Part shown: one piece after another, positions 48,416 to 60,707 of the stretch
Layout of the letters: the number at the start of each line of letters is the position of its first letter
How positions within the stretch are numbered: position 1 is the stretch's first letter
Origin: Carcharhinus amblyrhynchos
Lineage: Eukaryota
Assembly (NCBI GenBank): GCA_965287045.1
Contig: OZ336885.1
Span: 38,936,001 to 39,000,000, forward strand
Direction of reading: 5' to 3'
Length of the DNA stretch: 64,000 bases
The notes under the pieces: model-generated
The model's input: only the letters and a program-made list of their open reading frames with translations
The model's database searches: none
Told to the model about the DNA's origin: nothing
Made by a program: the position numbers and the translations under genes

Positions 48416-50149
48416 CCAGGTCCTAACTGGTTTGCTTTTTTCAGGGCTGAATTGAAGAAGTCAGAAAATGCCAGCCAGGATCCATATGTGGAGGTACTGT
48501 GCCCATTTCTGACATTACATTTTTGGGAAAGCAGGAAGGATGGGATTCACATAAGTAGGAAACCAGAACTCAGCCAGGGCAAGTGATCTTTGTGCTGAGT
48601 TCAAACAAACATTACTTTGGCTGGCCCATGGGCCTTAACCTGTAGTGTAGGAGCTCAAATTGATGGAGTAGATGTACATACCCTGTACAACAGATAATGT
48701 CTGTATAACTGTCATGATCTGAAGTTTTTTAATAGCCATACTGTTTAAACTTAAACAAAATAGACTGTGGTTGTCAATGAGAATTAAAAAAAACCTCTGC
48801 TGGAATGCTTGGTTTTACTGGCACAGGTTAAAAACTAGTAGCATCTAGTTGTGCAGTTTCAGTGGATCCTGTTATAGCCATTTCTCCAAGAGTTTTTGTT
48901 ATGTCATTATGAATCCTGGGCTGAGTTTCAAAGGCTACAACTATCCCAGCAAAGTGTTCTGAGCTCACAGTTTAATTGACAACCTAAAAGATGGTAGGAA
49001 AGAGATTAGTGACTTTTGAATAGAAGTTTGTGTGTGAGATAAACGAATTGAGAAGATTTAAAAGCTTCAAATTGATTTTATGAGTAGTTCTTTTTCCCCA
49101 CTATAAGATTTGTAAGAGTGGGAGCTGAATTAGGTTGTTAGAAGTTTCTTTCTCAAACCCACAAGGGCCCTTAGGCCTGTCCATGGTGGATATTAGGTGA
49201 GTGGATGTGGAGGTTCAGAGGGTATGAATGGTCATGGGAAATAGGTTAGAGCATGAGATGTTATTGAGTTGTCACAGAGAATATGAGGGGCCATGGGGTG
49301 TAGATGACTGGGCAAGGGATGTGAGGAGTGAGAACTAGTGGGCACAACTTCTCAACTAAGTTGTTGTGGATTCAAAGTTTCACTGCTTTTTCTTAAAGCA
49401 ACTTTTATCAATTTGGCCTCAAAATTCTAAACATTCATTAATATCTAAATAAGCCTCAGATCTAAGAAAAAAACTGAGCTGATACTAATTAGTATATGAT
49501 ACAAAAAGTTACTGTATAGTTTCTTTCTGATCGTTTAATCATCAATTAGCTTTGAATAGCTTCGGGAGTCAGTTACACTGACATTAAATCTGTTGCTTTA
49601 ATCCCTTCAGAAGTTTACAATATATTGTATTCAAATAATGGAGATCTTTGTACAGGCAATTGTCACCTTGCAAGTTTAATTCTTTGCCTCCTTCAAACCA
49701 TTGTCAATAACTAGAAAATAGCTCCAGAGGTATAGATACTGATTTTGGAAGGGGGGGAAAGGTTCCTTTAAACATGATGCAAGTTCTTTAAGAGCAACAT
49801 ACCCTTTGTCACAGCCGAATGGTTCCACTTAGCAGCTTCTCGTTATGTCAGAAAAATGGTATCAATATTTGTTAATTATCAAAAATGTGCAAAACTTTGG
49901 ATCCACGTGAAAAATATGCATGCTGCTATCCAAATATTTTGAGGAATAGGAATGTCTTGTCCCCAAGTGTAGGAATTTTACTTAGTTTAGATTTGGGTTG
50001 CATTGCAACGTTAATATTTACTCTAAGACCAAATGCGACCCCCCCCCTCCCCAAAATGGCTTATGCTAAATACTTTTAATATATACCAATATACATCTTT
50101 AACCATCCTTCCACAGACTTCAGGCTTGTGAGATTGGGTCTACACAGGA

Positions 50150-52010
50150 ACAAAAGAAATAGGTGCAAGAGTGGGCCATAAATCTCCACTTAATAGGACC
50201 ATGGTTGATCCTTGATTTCAATTCCACTTTCCTATCTCACATCCCACATCCCTAGATTCCTTGAAGAGTCCGAAAATCCATTGATTTTGATTTGATTTAT
50301 TATTGTCACTTCAGTCACTGCCCTTTGGCACTGCCCAATGACTGGCAGCAGTGCCAGGGTGATGATGGGCAGTGCCAGGCCAAGAGGCACTGCCCCTCCC
50401 TGCCCCCAAATCTACTGAAACTTCCTTACACTTTGCATCAGGCAAATATACAATTCCTCGGGTAAGGAGATCAAAATTGCAGTACTCTAGGTGTGGTCTC
50501 ACCAAATTGTATACTTCTACAATTGCAGCAAGATTTCCTGGCCCTTGTGATATAACCCCCTCGCAATAAAAGCAAACACATGCTGAAGCTACCTTATAGC
50601 TTGTGTATCTGTATGTTAATTTTGTGTCATCTAAATCCAATTGAGCACCACCATTCATAACTCCCATGATTTAAAAAAAATCTGTTCTATTCTTCCAACC
50701 AAAGTGAATAAAGAACCTTACATTTCCTCACATTTTACTTGTGCCCACCTACTTAATTCATCCAAATTGAGTTTGTGTCTTTATATGCCCAGTTTCTGAA
50801 TTGAAATCCCACACACCTGATGAAGGAGCAATGCTCCGAAAGCTTATAGCTTGTGCTACTAAATAAACCTGTTGAATTTTAACCTGGTGTTGAGAGACTT
50901 CTTACTGTGCCTTCATTGAAGCCTTAGTAATGTCCCACGAGTAATAAACTGTCAATCTGAAAATGATCAGCTTGTTCCTACTCTGTTTTTTGTCCTTAAA
51001 CCAATCCCTTATCTGTACTCATACAATCAATCTCAAACTCATTTCTTCTGCAACAAACTGTCTCGCGACACCTAATTTAATTTGATTTGAAAATCCAAAT
51101 GTACTACATTGGCTGGTTCGCCTTTATCTAGTTGGATAATTACATTCTCAAAAACCTACAATTAGTCAAACACAATTTTACTTCATAAAACCATGTTGAA
51201 TCTGTCTAATTCTATGGTTTTCTAAGTGCTCTGTTACTATTTTCTTAATAATGGATTTTCGTTATACTACTGATAGGACAGGCAAAAAAGTTTAACATCC
51301 TGCTATTTCCATATATCCATACAATTTCTCTTGTCTCAGCCTCTAAGTGGTCCACATTTACTTTCATTATTTTCTTCCTTTTTGCATATTTGTAGAGGTT
51401 CTTTTAATCTGCCTTTATATTTCTTGATAGTTTATTTTCCTATTTTATTTTTTCTTTCTTTATTAATTTTTGGTCATCTTTTACTGGTATCTAAAATCTC
51501 CCAGTCATCAGATTTACTACTCTTCTGGATGATGGTAAAAGTCTCATATTTTAATGTAAATGGATCTCTTTTCCTGCTGAGTTTTTACTTTTCAACGGAG
51601 TTTTGATTTGTTGAGAGTTTTGAAATACTTCTTTAACGGTATGCTTCCACTCATCTTTAACATAATTTCTCAATCTACTCTCTCCAACTGATCTCTCGTG
51701 CTTACATAGTTGTCAAGTTGAAAACTCTCATTTCAGACATTTGTTTGCCACCCTCAAACTCAAGGTAAAATTCTATTGTATTATGATCACTGTATTATGA
51801 TCACTCTTACCTATTCATTCAATATGAGATTACCATTCAATCTTTTCTCATTACACAAAATAAGATCTAAAATAAAATCTTCCCTGGTTGGTTCCATGAT
51901 GCACTATGCTGGCAAACTGTCTTGAATGCGTTTCATCATGTTGACCTCCACAATTTTATTTGTCCAGTCTGTGTGAAGATTAAACTACCCCACGATTATG
52001 GCATTGCCAC
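50150..52010 (-). mobile_element. Old, heavily deleted CR1 LINE
   Basis: 3' end at 50150, LVRPHLEYC near 50.5 kb, endonuclease IVG*FNLHTDW near 51.98 kb. Confidence 0.75.
50808..50912 (+). ncRNA. Penelope-like terminal fragment carrying a type I hammerhead ribozyme motif (50814-50855)
   Basis: CAC-CTGATGA-A-GGAGC/AAT/GCTCC-GAA-AGCT/TAT/AGCT-T-GTG, followed by aataaacctgttg. Confidence 0.65.
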
Positions 52011-52718
52011 AAAATTGCCACTGGGGGCAGGGGGCATTAAATTCTTCGCTTAGTTACTGTTTCAATTTATCACAGTTTAAAATGCAAATTGCAAGCCTGT
52101 TTTAAAATAAGCCTCATTAGATTCATTTCAAAGCAACTAAAAAGAGCTCTGCATTTTTGAAAAGAGATGTAGCTACATTTTCTATTAAACGTATTAAATG
52201 CTCAATCCAATTAAGCTCAGGCTGTGCAAAATAGTACTATGTAAAGATATTGGGAGCCAGAATGAATTAGGAACATGGTTAGGTAGTAGTCTCTTCAAAG
52301 GCTATTGCCAATGTTTTTCCATGACTGACCAGTAAGATCTTCTTTACCAATTAAATCCAGTTCTACTCTTTTCCATCCACTTTTCTACTAAATTGCTGTA
52401 AATATAGTAGCTTGCTTTCAGAATTAGCAAATTCTAATTGATGGTGTTAGGTGACAGAAGCTAAAATTCAAACTCTGGTTGGCCGTGTGGGAATCCAGAG
52501 TTGAAAATGAATATAGGTGTTCAATACATGCAATACCCGGTTGCAGAAAGCAAAAACATAAATGTCCAGTTTCAATAAATATTTTTAAGATGTTTCATTG
52601 CAATAATAGTTCCACTATACTGATATGGTCATGTACAAAGTTAAAAGTATTCCTAACATAATTTTGTGAAAGCATTTTTAAAAGAAAACATGAATAACTA
52701 AACAGCTAATGAATAATA

Positions 52719-52900
52719 CAACAACCCCTCGATATAATGCTCCCTTTGGGAGCCATATAAAAACATGTTATATTGAAGCAGGCATTATAATGAGAATGTT
52801 TTGTATACTTTCCTTATTAATCAGGGAGCCATAAACAATGCATGTTCTATTAGAGATTGTGGCATATCGGGCAGTGGCTTAATGAAAGGGAATTTCACTG
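52719..52900. mobile_element. Tc1/mariner (Tigger/pogo-like) MITE
   Basis: TA|caacaacccctcgatataa ... taatgaaagggaatttcactg|tta; degenerate. Confidence 0.45.
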
Positions 52901-53599
52901 TTATGGAAACGATGGAGGGAAATCAATGCAGATACCGCTTCTATTTCAACTGTACAGTTCTTTTAGAAATAAAAAGAAAAAATGAACAATATGTTTCATT
53001 CTTGAGACAATTAAAATGCTACAAATGAGCTTGCTACACGTATAAGCTTTAAACTGTTTTACTAGCTTGATTGAAACAGGAACAAAACGTGTTGGAAGTA
53101 CACATTGGGAAGGTGGTCAATATTTTGGCTGAGCTCCTTTGTTAGATTCAAGCTTACACCAAATATTTTGATCAATGTTTCTATTTGATTGGTGACATAA
53201 CTTCTAATGCCCCATATCCCTTAACATGTTATAACACCTTCTTTCCACCTTATGTTCAAATTCAACTCTTAGGGTCTAATGAATTTAGATTGTTAGGCAG
53301 TCACAATCTAACCTTTTGTGAAAGTTAGTCCATGCATAGAATCTAGGATTAATGAAATCTAGATCTTTGAGTTTAAAAAGATCTAGACTGGAGTTTTTGA
53401 AAAATAGCTTTACAATAAAAGAAGTATTTAAAGTCTTGCAGGAAATGCCTATCTCAGAAAACATTATTCTTTCAGAAACAGAAAGGATGATGTCTTCATC
53501 GTGTTTGATTTCTTCCTGGATTTATAAGTCAGAACAAGAAAAACTATTCCCAGATCATTCCAATTTTAATTGTCAATACAGAAAAATTACAAGGTGCTT

Positions 53600-54070
53600 A
53601 ACATGAACAGAGGATGCTGGAAAACTCAGCAGGTCTGGCAGCATCTAGTGAGAGAGAAAGCAGAGTTATCGCCTTGAGTCCTTTGACCCTTCATCAGAAC
53701 TGAAGGGAGTGAGAATGTTAGAGCTATGACTTTGCAAGAAAAAGTACCAACATTTAGAACAAAAGAGGGATAGCCTTGTGTGTGTGTACGCATGAGATGG
53801 GAGTGGATGGTTTGTGTTGACACAATACATGCATGGGATAATTAAAGAAAGTGATATAAGATGGAAGAGAAAGGTCGTAATCTAAAATTGCCAAATTCAA
53901 ATTTATATTGTCCCATACATGCATTGCTTCAGTGCAAACCTCCCTCGCTCCTCCCTGCCACATTAGACAATCTTAAAGTTGCTACTTTTTGTTGCAATCT
54001 CTTACAGCTATTCTCTCTCCTTTCAGTTCTGACTAAGAGTCAAAGGATGTTAAAGCGCCTGCCTAATCTG
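53600..54070. mobile_element. Penelope-like remnant with inverted terminal segments
   Basis: Inverted repeat 53679-53716 / 54010-54047 (33/38 identical), each arm holding a decayed hammerhead-like core. Confidence 0.65.
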
Positions 54071-54867
54071 TAGAGCTGGAGGAGCAGCTGAGATACTGAA
54101 AGAACAAAACCCTGAATGCATTCCTTCCCTCTCTCCCTCCATGCAGTTTGCACGTCGAAGCCTAGATGCTGATTTTGAATATTCAGTTGCTACAGACAAG
54201 GGTTTTAAAAAGAATTCAATCCTATATAGTTGTGTCCAGAAGAACCAATAAATTGATTACAGTCTAAATCGTCTTGATGCCAAACACAGCAGGAATTTAG
54301 CCTGGAGCCAACTGAGACACTGCTTAAAAGAGCTGTATACTCCATTAATTTTATTGGACTCTAAATGACTTAATCTAACCACCCCACCTTATAAATTTGT
54401 GCAAGCATGAACTTTGAGTGTGTGTATCCAGAAGCTTGTGTATATTATTTTACTCAGACTGGGATAAATACAATGGAAGACTTTCCTTTTATTAAATCAA
54501 GGAAACCTGTCTTATTGCTTCTTTTATGGTCACAGCACATAAACAGTTAAATACTCTCAGAATTCACAAGTGTATCTCTTAAAAAAATTGTGGTTGAAAG
54601 AGGAGAGAGGAAAAGAGGAGAACTATTTGATCCCTCTTCACCTGATCATAACAGAAATTTGGGGTCTAACCAGGTATTGAACCCAAAGGCAAATTAGAAA
54701 TTGGAAACCAAAGTGATTCACAGAGCATGTTAAAACATTGTATGCAGGTTTGCTGTAGTCTGCAGTGCTGAAGTACCTAAAATGTCCACATTTGAGGTCG
54801 GTACACATTCGAGTGAAGTAATTTGGTGCAGTTTAAAAGCCCTGTCCATTAAAGTGTTAAGGAGTTA

Positions 54868-55985
54868 ATTTACTTTATTATCACATCTATTAGGATACAG
54901 TGAAAAGTATTGTTTCTTGTTCCCTATACAGACAAAACATACTATCTGTAGAATACATAGCGAAGAAGAAGAGGATGTAGTATTAGAGTCACAACTAGGA
55001 GGTAGAGAAAGTTCAGCTTAGTATATGGTACATCCATTCAAAAGTCTGATGGCAGCTGGGAAGAAGTTGTTCTTGAGTCAGTTGGTATGTGACCTAAGTC
55101 TTTTGCATTTTTTTCCTGATGGAAGAAGGTGGAAGAGAGTTTTGTCTAAGGTGTATGGGGTCCTTGATTATATTGGCTGTTTTTGAGGCAGTGGGAAGCA
55201 TGGACGGAGTCAATAGATGGGAGGCTGGTTGTGTGATGGACGGGGCTATTTTCACAACTCTTTGTAGTTTCTTACAGATTTGGTCAGAACAGGAGTCATA
55301 CCATGCTGTGATACATTCGGAAAGGATGCTTCCTATGGTGCACCTGTAATAGTAGGAGAGAGTCATAGCAGACACGCCAAATTTCCTTAGCCTCCTTAGA
55401 AAGTAGAGGTTTTGGCGGGCTTTCTTAACTATAGAATCAGCATAGAGGGACCAGGAGAAGTTGTTGGTGACCTGGACACCTAGAGAGTTGAAGTTCTTGA
55501 TCATTCTACTTTGTCACCATTGACATAGACAAGGGCATGTCCTCCAGTACATTTCCTGAAGTTAATGACTACCTCCTTTGTTTTACTGACATTGTGGGAG
55601 AGATTATTGGCACGTACCATTTCACCAGATTCTCTATCTTTCCTGTACTCCGTCTTGTCATTCTTTGAGATCCGATCCATTACGGTGGTGTCATACCAAA
55701 CTTGAAAGTGGATTTGGAGGGGAATTTGACCACACAGTCATAAGTGTATAAGGAGTATAGTAAGGGGCCAAGGACGCAGCCTTGCAGCACACTGCTGCTA
55801 AGAATAATTGTGGCAGAGGTATTGTTGCCTAACCTTACTGATTTCAGTCTGTGGGTTAGGAAGTCTAGGATCTGGTCACAGAGGGAGGAACTGAGCCCTA
55901 GTTTGGAGATGAGTTTTGTTGGGATAATGGTGTTGAATGCTGAGCTGCAGTCAATAAATAGGAGTCAGGCATAAGTGTCCTTGTT
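54868..55985 (-). mobile_element. Rex1/Babar LINE (RT to 3' end)
   Basis: ORF 55094-55504 KKARQNLYFLRRLRKFGVS...CTIGSILSECITAWY; upstream [14 protein letters not shown]. Confidence 0.9.
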
Positions 55986-56307
55986 AAGCATTAATGAAGC
56001 AATAGCCTGAAAATACAATGGAACACCAAATCTTAAAGTTGCAGGTGATTTTTCAATTAAACTTGATAAACAGGTAATAGAATTGGAATCTGAGATGGTC
56101 AGGCTAGAATTAGTAAAAGTGCAGCTGGAATAGCAGAGACTTGAGCTGGAATTCCAAACAAAATAAAATGAAAGGGAAATACAGGAATGGAAAGAGGAGA
56201 GTTCCAGGAACAAGAGAAAGAGTGAGCTTTCCAGAGAGAAAAACAAGATATGGAATTAAGGCAGATCAAACTGAATGGGAAAGGTTCACTGCATCCAATG
56301 AGGAACA

Positions 56308-57308
56308 AAACATAGAACATAGAACATTACAGCGCGGAACAGGCCCTTCGGCCCACAATGTTGCGCCGACCAGTCTTATTTAAAAAAAAACATTGACCCA
56401 CTAATCCAAACCAATCCCTTTTCGTCCATAAACCTATCCACCAATCTCTTAAACGCCCCCAAACTAGGCGCATTTACAACTGCAGCAGGCAGGGCATTCC
56501 AGTCCCTCACCACCCTCTGGGTAAAGAACCTGCCCCTGACATCCGTCCTATAACTACCCCCCCCTTAATTTAAAGCCATGCCCCCTCGTGCTAGATTTCT
56601 CCATCCGAGGAAACAGGCTATCACCATCCACCCTATCTAAACCTCTAATCATCTTATATGTTTCTATAAGATCCCCTCTTAGCCGCCTTCTTTCCAGTGA
56701 AAACAACCCCAAATCCCTCAGTCTCTCCTCATAGGACCTCCCCTGCATACCAGGCAACATCCTGGTAAACCTCCTCTGCACCCTCTCCAAAGCCTCCACA
56801 TCCTTCCTGTAATGTGGGGACCAGAACTGCACACAGTACTCCAAGTGCGGCCGCACCAGAGTTGTGTACAGTTGCAACATGACGCTGCGACTCCTAAATT
56901 CAATCCCCCTACCAATAAACGCCAAGACACCGTACGCCTTCTTAACAACCTTATCTACTTGATTCCCAACTTTCAGGGATCTATGTACACATACACCTAG
57001 ATCCCTCTGCTCCTCCACCCTATTCAAAGTCCTCCCGTTAGCCCTATACTCAACACATCTGTTATTCCTACCGAAATGGATTACCTCACACTTCTCCGCA
57101 TTAAACTCCATCCGCCACCTCGCGTCCCAGCTCTGCAACCTGTCCAAGTCACCCTGCAAACTTCGACACCCTTCCTCACAATCTACCACACCTCCGACTT
57201 TGGTGTCATCAGCAAACTTACTAATCCACCCAACTATACCCTCATCCAGATCATTAATAAAGATTACGAACAGCAGTGGCCCCAAAACAGATCCCTGAGG
57301 CACACCAA
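56308..57308 (-). mobile_element. Young CR1 LINE (RT to 3' end) with an open ~250-aa frame
   Basis: GVPQGSVLGPLLFVIFINDLD...KFADDTK...LVRPHLEYCVQFWSP; (TTCTATG)n tail; CpG-rich. Confidence 0.97.
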
Positions 57309-57963
57309 ATAGTTGAGGAGACAACTATTTGGCTGACTGCCCCTAACTCACACTGAGTATTGATCTCTTAAATTACTCACACAACTGACACAATAATTTG
57401 ATGAAAGGGATCATTTTTTGTCTGTTTTGGAAAATTCATTAAGCAGCTAAAGTGGCCAGCAGAAATTTAACTCTTCTACTCCAGAGCAGATTATCAGGAA
57501 ACCCATGGAGATTTGCCAAAAGTTTCACAAATTAGGTGATGAACAAAAATGTGATCTAGCATGCATATGAACTGGTGAACCCTCAAAAAATTCAGAACCA
57601 TTTAGTCCCACAAACACTTACACTTCAAAAGGGTTAAGCAAATTGCTTTCAACTGATGGGTGTAGAAGTTGAAAACAGATCCCACTTGTGAGAACCTCAG
57701 AGAGGTCATTCTCCTTGAGGAGTTCAAAAACTCATTTCCCCTTTCAATAAATACCCATGTGGAAGAATGACAAATTTTAAAAGCCAGACAGCAACAACTC
57801 TGGCTGACAATTACAAGCTTGTTCACAAGCACTTGTCCTAAGGGAAATTTTTCCCTAGTCACCCTTATAAACCTGAGAAGATGGAAGGCCTTCCTCGTGA
57901 TGAATCTCACTGGAAGCCACCCAGCGTCATAATGGTCATATTGATCATGTCTTGCACCTGGGG

Positions 57964-58413
57964 AATAAGAACATAAGAAATAGGAGCAGGAGTAGGCCAT
58001 CTAGCCCTTCGAGCCTGCCCCGCCATTCAATAAGATCATGGCTGATCTGAAGTGGCTCAGTTCCACTTTCCCGCTTTCTCCCCATAACCCTTAATTCCCT
58101 TGCCTACCAAAAACCTATCTACCCGTGTCTTAAATATATTTAGCGAGGTAGCCTCCACCACTTCAACAGGCAGAGAATTCCAGAGATGCACGACTCTTTG
58201 AGTGAAGAAGTTCCTCCTCAACTCCGTTCTAAACTGCTCCCCCCTTATCTTGAGGCTGTGCCCTCTAGTCCTACTGTCCTTTCTGAGCGGGAAGAATCTC
58301 TCTACCTCTACCCTATCCATCCCCTTCATTATCTTATACGTCTCTATAAAATCCCCCCTCATCCTTCTAAACTCCAACGAGTACAGACCCAGTCTATTCA
58401 GCCTCTCTTCATA
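57964..58413 (-). mobile_element. Young CR1 3' fragment
   Basis: YEERLNRLGLYSLEFRRMRGD...; same subfamily as the copies at 2888 and 17841. Confidence 0.96.
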
Positions 58414-58871
58414 GAATCCAGAGATGGAGACACTTGTTAAGATTTTGGGTTTTGAACAAATAAAAATAAATCTCACTATACAAGGGTAGACATAAAACAA
58501 TGTACAATATTTAGCTTATGTTCTAAAATCCTGATTAATTTAAAAGATATTATTGAATTGTCAGGTGAAACAGTGGTCAAAAACATCACACTACACAATA
58601 AATGGTAGAAGTTACCAATGCAGATTCCTCGGATTTATCAACAGCTCACCCCTCTGTCAGTATACACTGAAAAACACTGTTGAATTTCTGTCATGAGGAA
58701 GGCCAAACATTTCACTTTTGGATTCCCTCAGAGACACTCCAACTTGGACTGCCACAATGACTATACACTTTCCAGGATTCCACTTTAATCTCCCAATACA
58801 TTTTTTCCCTGGATTTCTGCACTCCAGCCTTTACGTAGGTGCACAAATTCAGTTCTTCAATAGTCATCTAG

Positions 58872-58930
58872 TTTCACCGGGCTGCACTGCCCTTGCATTT
58901 CACCGGGCTGCACTGCCCTTGCATTTCACC
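58872..58930. repeat. Perfect 26-bp tandem duplication (2.3 copies)
   Basis: tttcaccgggctgcactgcccttgca twice, then tttcacc. Confidence 0.95.
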
Positions 58931-60142
58931 AAGCTTTATTTTCCCCAGCTACCAATGGCTCCCTAGGCTTCGTCTGAGCCCAGCCTTTTCAAACAGATCC
59001 TGAGACATTCCCTGATAACAGCAGCACCTCTTTGAAATTGTCTTTCCCCTTGTTGAAGAGCACTTCCCCAGCAAACACATAAATAAATTGGAACTCTAAG
59101 TCTCTCTGAAGCTCCTAGATGTAACTTTTCCAGGCTCACCAAATGCTCTTAACTTATTTGTAGTTTGTAGTAAGGGCTGCATTTCCTTTCAATCAGTGTA
59201 GCCAAATCATCTCACATTCTCTAGCTAAGTGAGCCCTCCTGTTCTTCTATGATACTACCTTTTTAGCTGCTAACCTCGTAAGTCAACATAGCTCTAAACT
59301 TTTAAGTGTAATAGTTTTCAAGTTACTTTGGTTGCATTTATCCCATCTTCTACAGATAAACTTTAATCTAAAAAGTACCTCTAAAACAACAATGAACCAT
59401 GATAACCATATAAACAGAATAACTTACTAGTAGTCATGAACTAAGATTTGAGAATTAAATTTTGGATGAAAGAGAGATAGAAACACAAAATTACATTTAC
59501 CATCCATTTTAAACCATAACTATTTAATATTAAATGTTAATCCTTTCTTAGATCCTTTGTGATTGTTGTTCCCTACCTCTCAGCACTTCCTTTTAAAATA
59601 CAAATTAGTTATTTTACTATTATGCAAGTATTTATTAGAAATGGTATAGATAAATATTACTTAATATTGTAAGCTTACCAAGCTCTGTGAAGAACATGAA
59701 TAAAACTTGGCACTGTCAATATATTTTTGGTCTTTCCTGCTTCATAATCAAAAAAAAATCTTTTGCATGTCTTAAAATCACTCCAAATCAATCTCAAAAA
59801 TGAAGTTCTTTTCACAATAAATGAGACCTATTGGTCAATTAACAAATGACGACTGAACGACGGTTCTCAGGAGTTGCACGTGTCAAAGCTGAATGTCTCT
59901 TCAGCGATTTTATTCACAGGTTGTCAATTAAGTCAAGAGGCAGTTCTCTCATTTTTCATTATGGAGAATTTTAGGTCTCAGGTGAGTCCAAAGCCGGATA
60001 AAACTACATAAGCATTGTTGCAATACTGCTGATTCTAGTAGTTGGTAAGAGCGACATTGTTGAATTCTGCTTGATAGAGATTTTTAGCAACATTTATGAA
60101 CGAGTGCACCTCAAAGAAAGGTTCACTGAAATTCATCATGTG

Positions 60143-60319
60143 ACACGTGAATTTTCGCATCTTGCGCGCCATGGGAATCATAGTGGGAGTGGTGGTAGGG
60201 TGGGGGGTGGGGGGTGGGGGGGGAGGTGGTGCGGTGGGGTGGTGTGAATTGTGCAAAGGTCCGTTGACCTCAGGTGGGATTTTCTGATTTTGCGTGACCA
60301 TGGCCAGAAAACCCGGCCC
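60143..60319. mobile_element. Small MITE (copy 3 of 3) with an expanded G/T-rich tract
   Basis: Core aaaggtccgttgacctcaggtgggatttt; ends aaaacccggccc. Confidence 0.65.
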
Positions 60320-60416
60320 ATGACATCAACATTTTCAGAATATGTATCCAATTTGGAAATGTTTTTCTGTCTGTTTCAAAGAAAGATTTTTATAAAATGA
60401 GCACATCTCTACTCAA

Positions 60417-60707
60417 TGCATGGTGGCACAATGGTTAGCACTGCTGCCTCACAGCGTCAGGGACCTGGGCTCAATTCCCTACTTGGGTCACTGTCTGTGC
60501 AGAATCTGCCCATTCTCCCTGTGTCTGTGTGAGTTTCCTCTGGGTGTTCCTGTTTGCTCCCAAAGTCCAAAAGATGTGCTGGTTAGGTGCATTGGCCATG
60601 ATAAATTCTCCTGAACAGGGGCCAGAGTGTGGTGACTAGGGGATTTTCACGGTAACTTCATCGCAGTGTTAATGTAAGCCAACTTGTGACACTAATAAAT
60701 AAACTTT
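60417..60707 (+). mobile_element. HE1-headed V-SINE with alternative tail
   Basis: tggtggcacaatggttagcac head, V-domain, tail ggattttcacggtaac...ttgtgacactaataaataaacttt. Confidence 0.85.

Larger units (their letters stand above)
54070..57960 (+). mobile_element. Decayed Gypsy element 5' half: LTR (to 54653), PBS-Pro, gag remnants at 55990-56305 and 57310-57960, interrupted by Rex1 and CR1
   Basis: LTR end atcataaca; PBS tggggtctaaccaggtattgaaccc; gag RLELVKVQLE*QRLELEF, KQLKWPAE, LLLQSRLSG, ENLREVILLEEFKNSFP. Confidence 0.75.

Noticed and set aside
51777-51804. 14-bp tandem duplication tgtattatgatcac x2
   Set aside because: Slippage inside a dead CR1; no functional implication
53358-53387. 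11-bp perfect inverted repeat tctagatcttt/aaagatctaga
   Set aside because: Isolated and AT-rich with no TSD or family; plausible by chance or local strand switching
56554-57324. 256-aa reverse transcriptase ORF as a host gene or retron-like system
   Set aside because: A standard 5'-truncated CR1 ORF2 starting at PQG, with a CR1 3' tail; no promoter or true start codon
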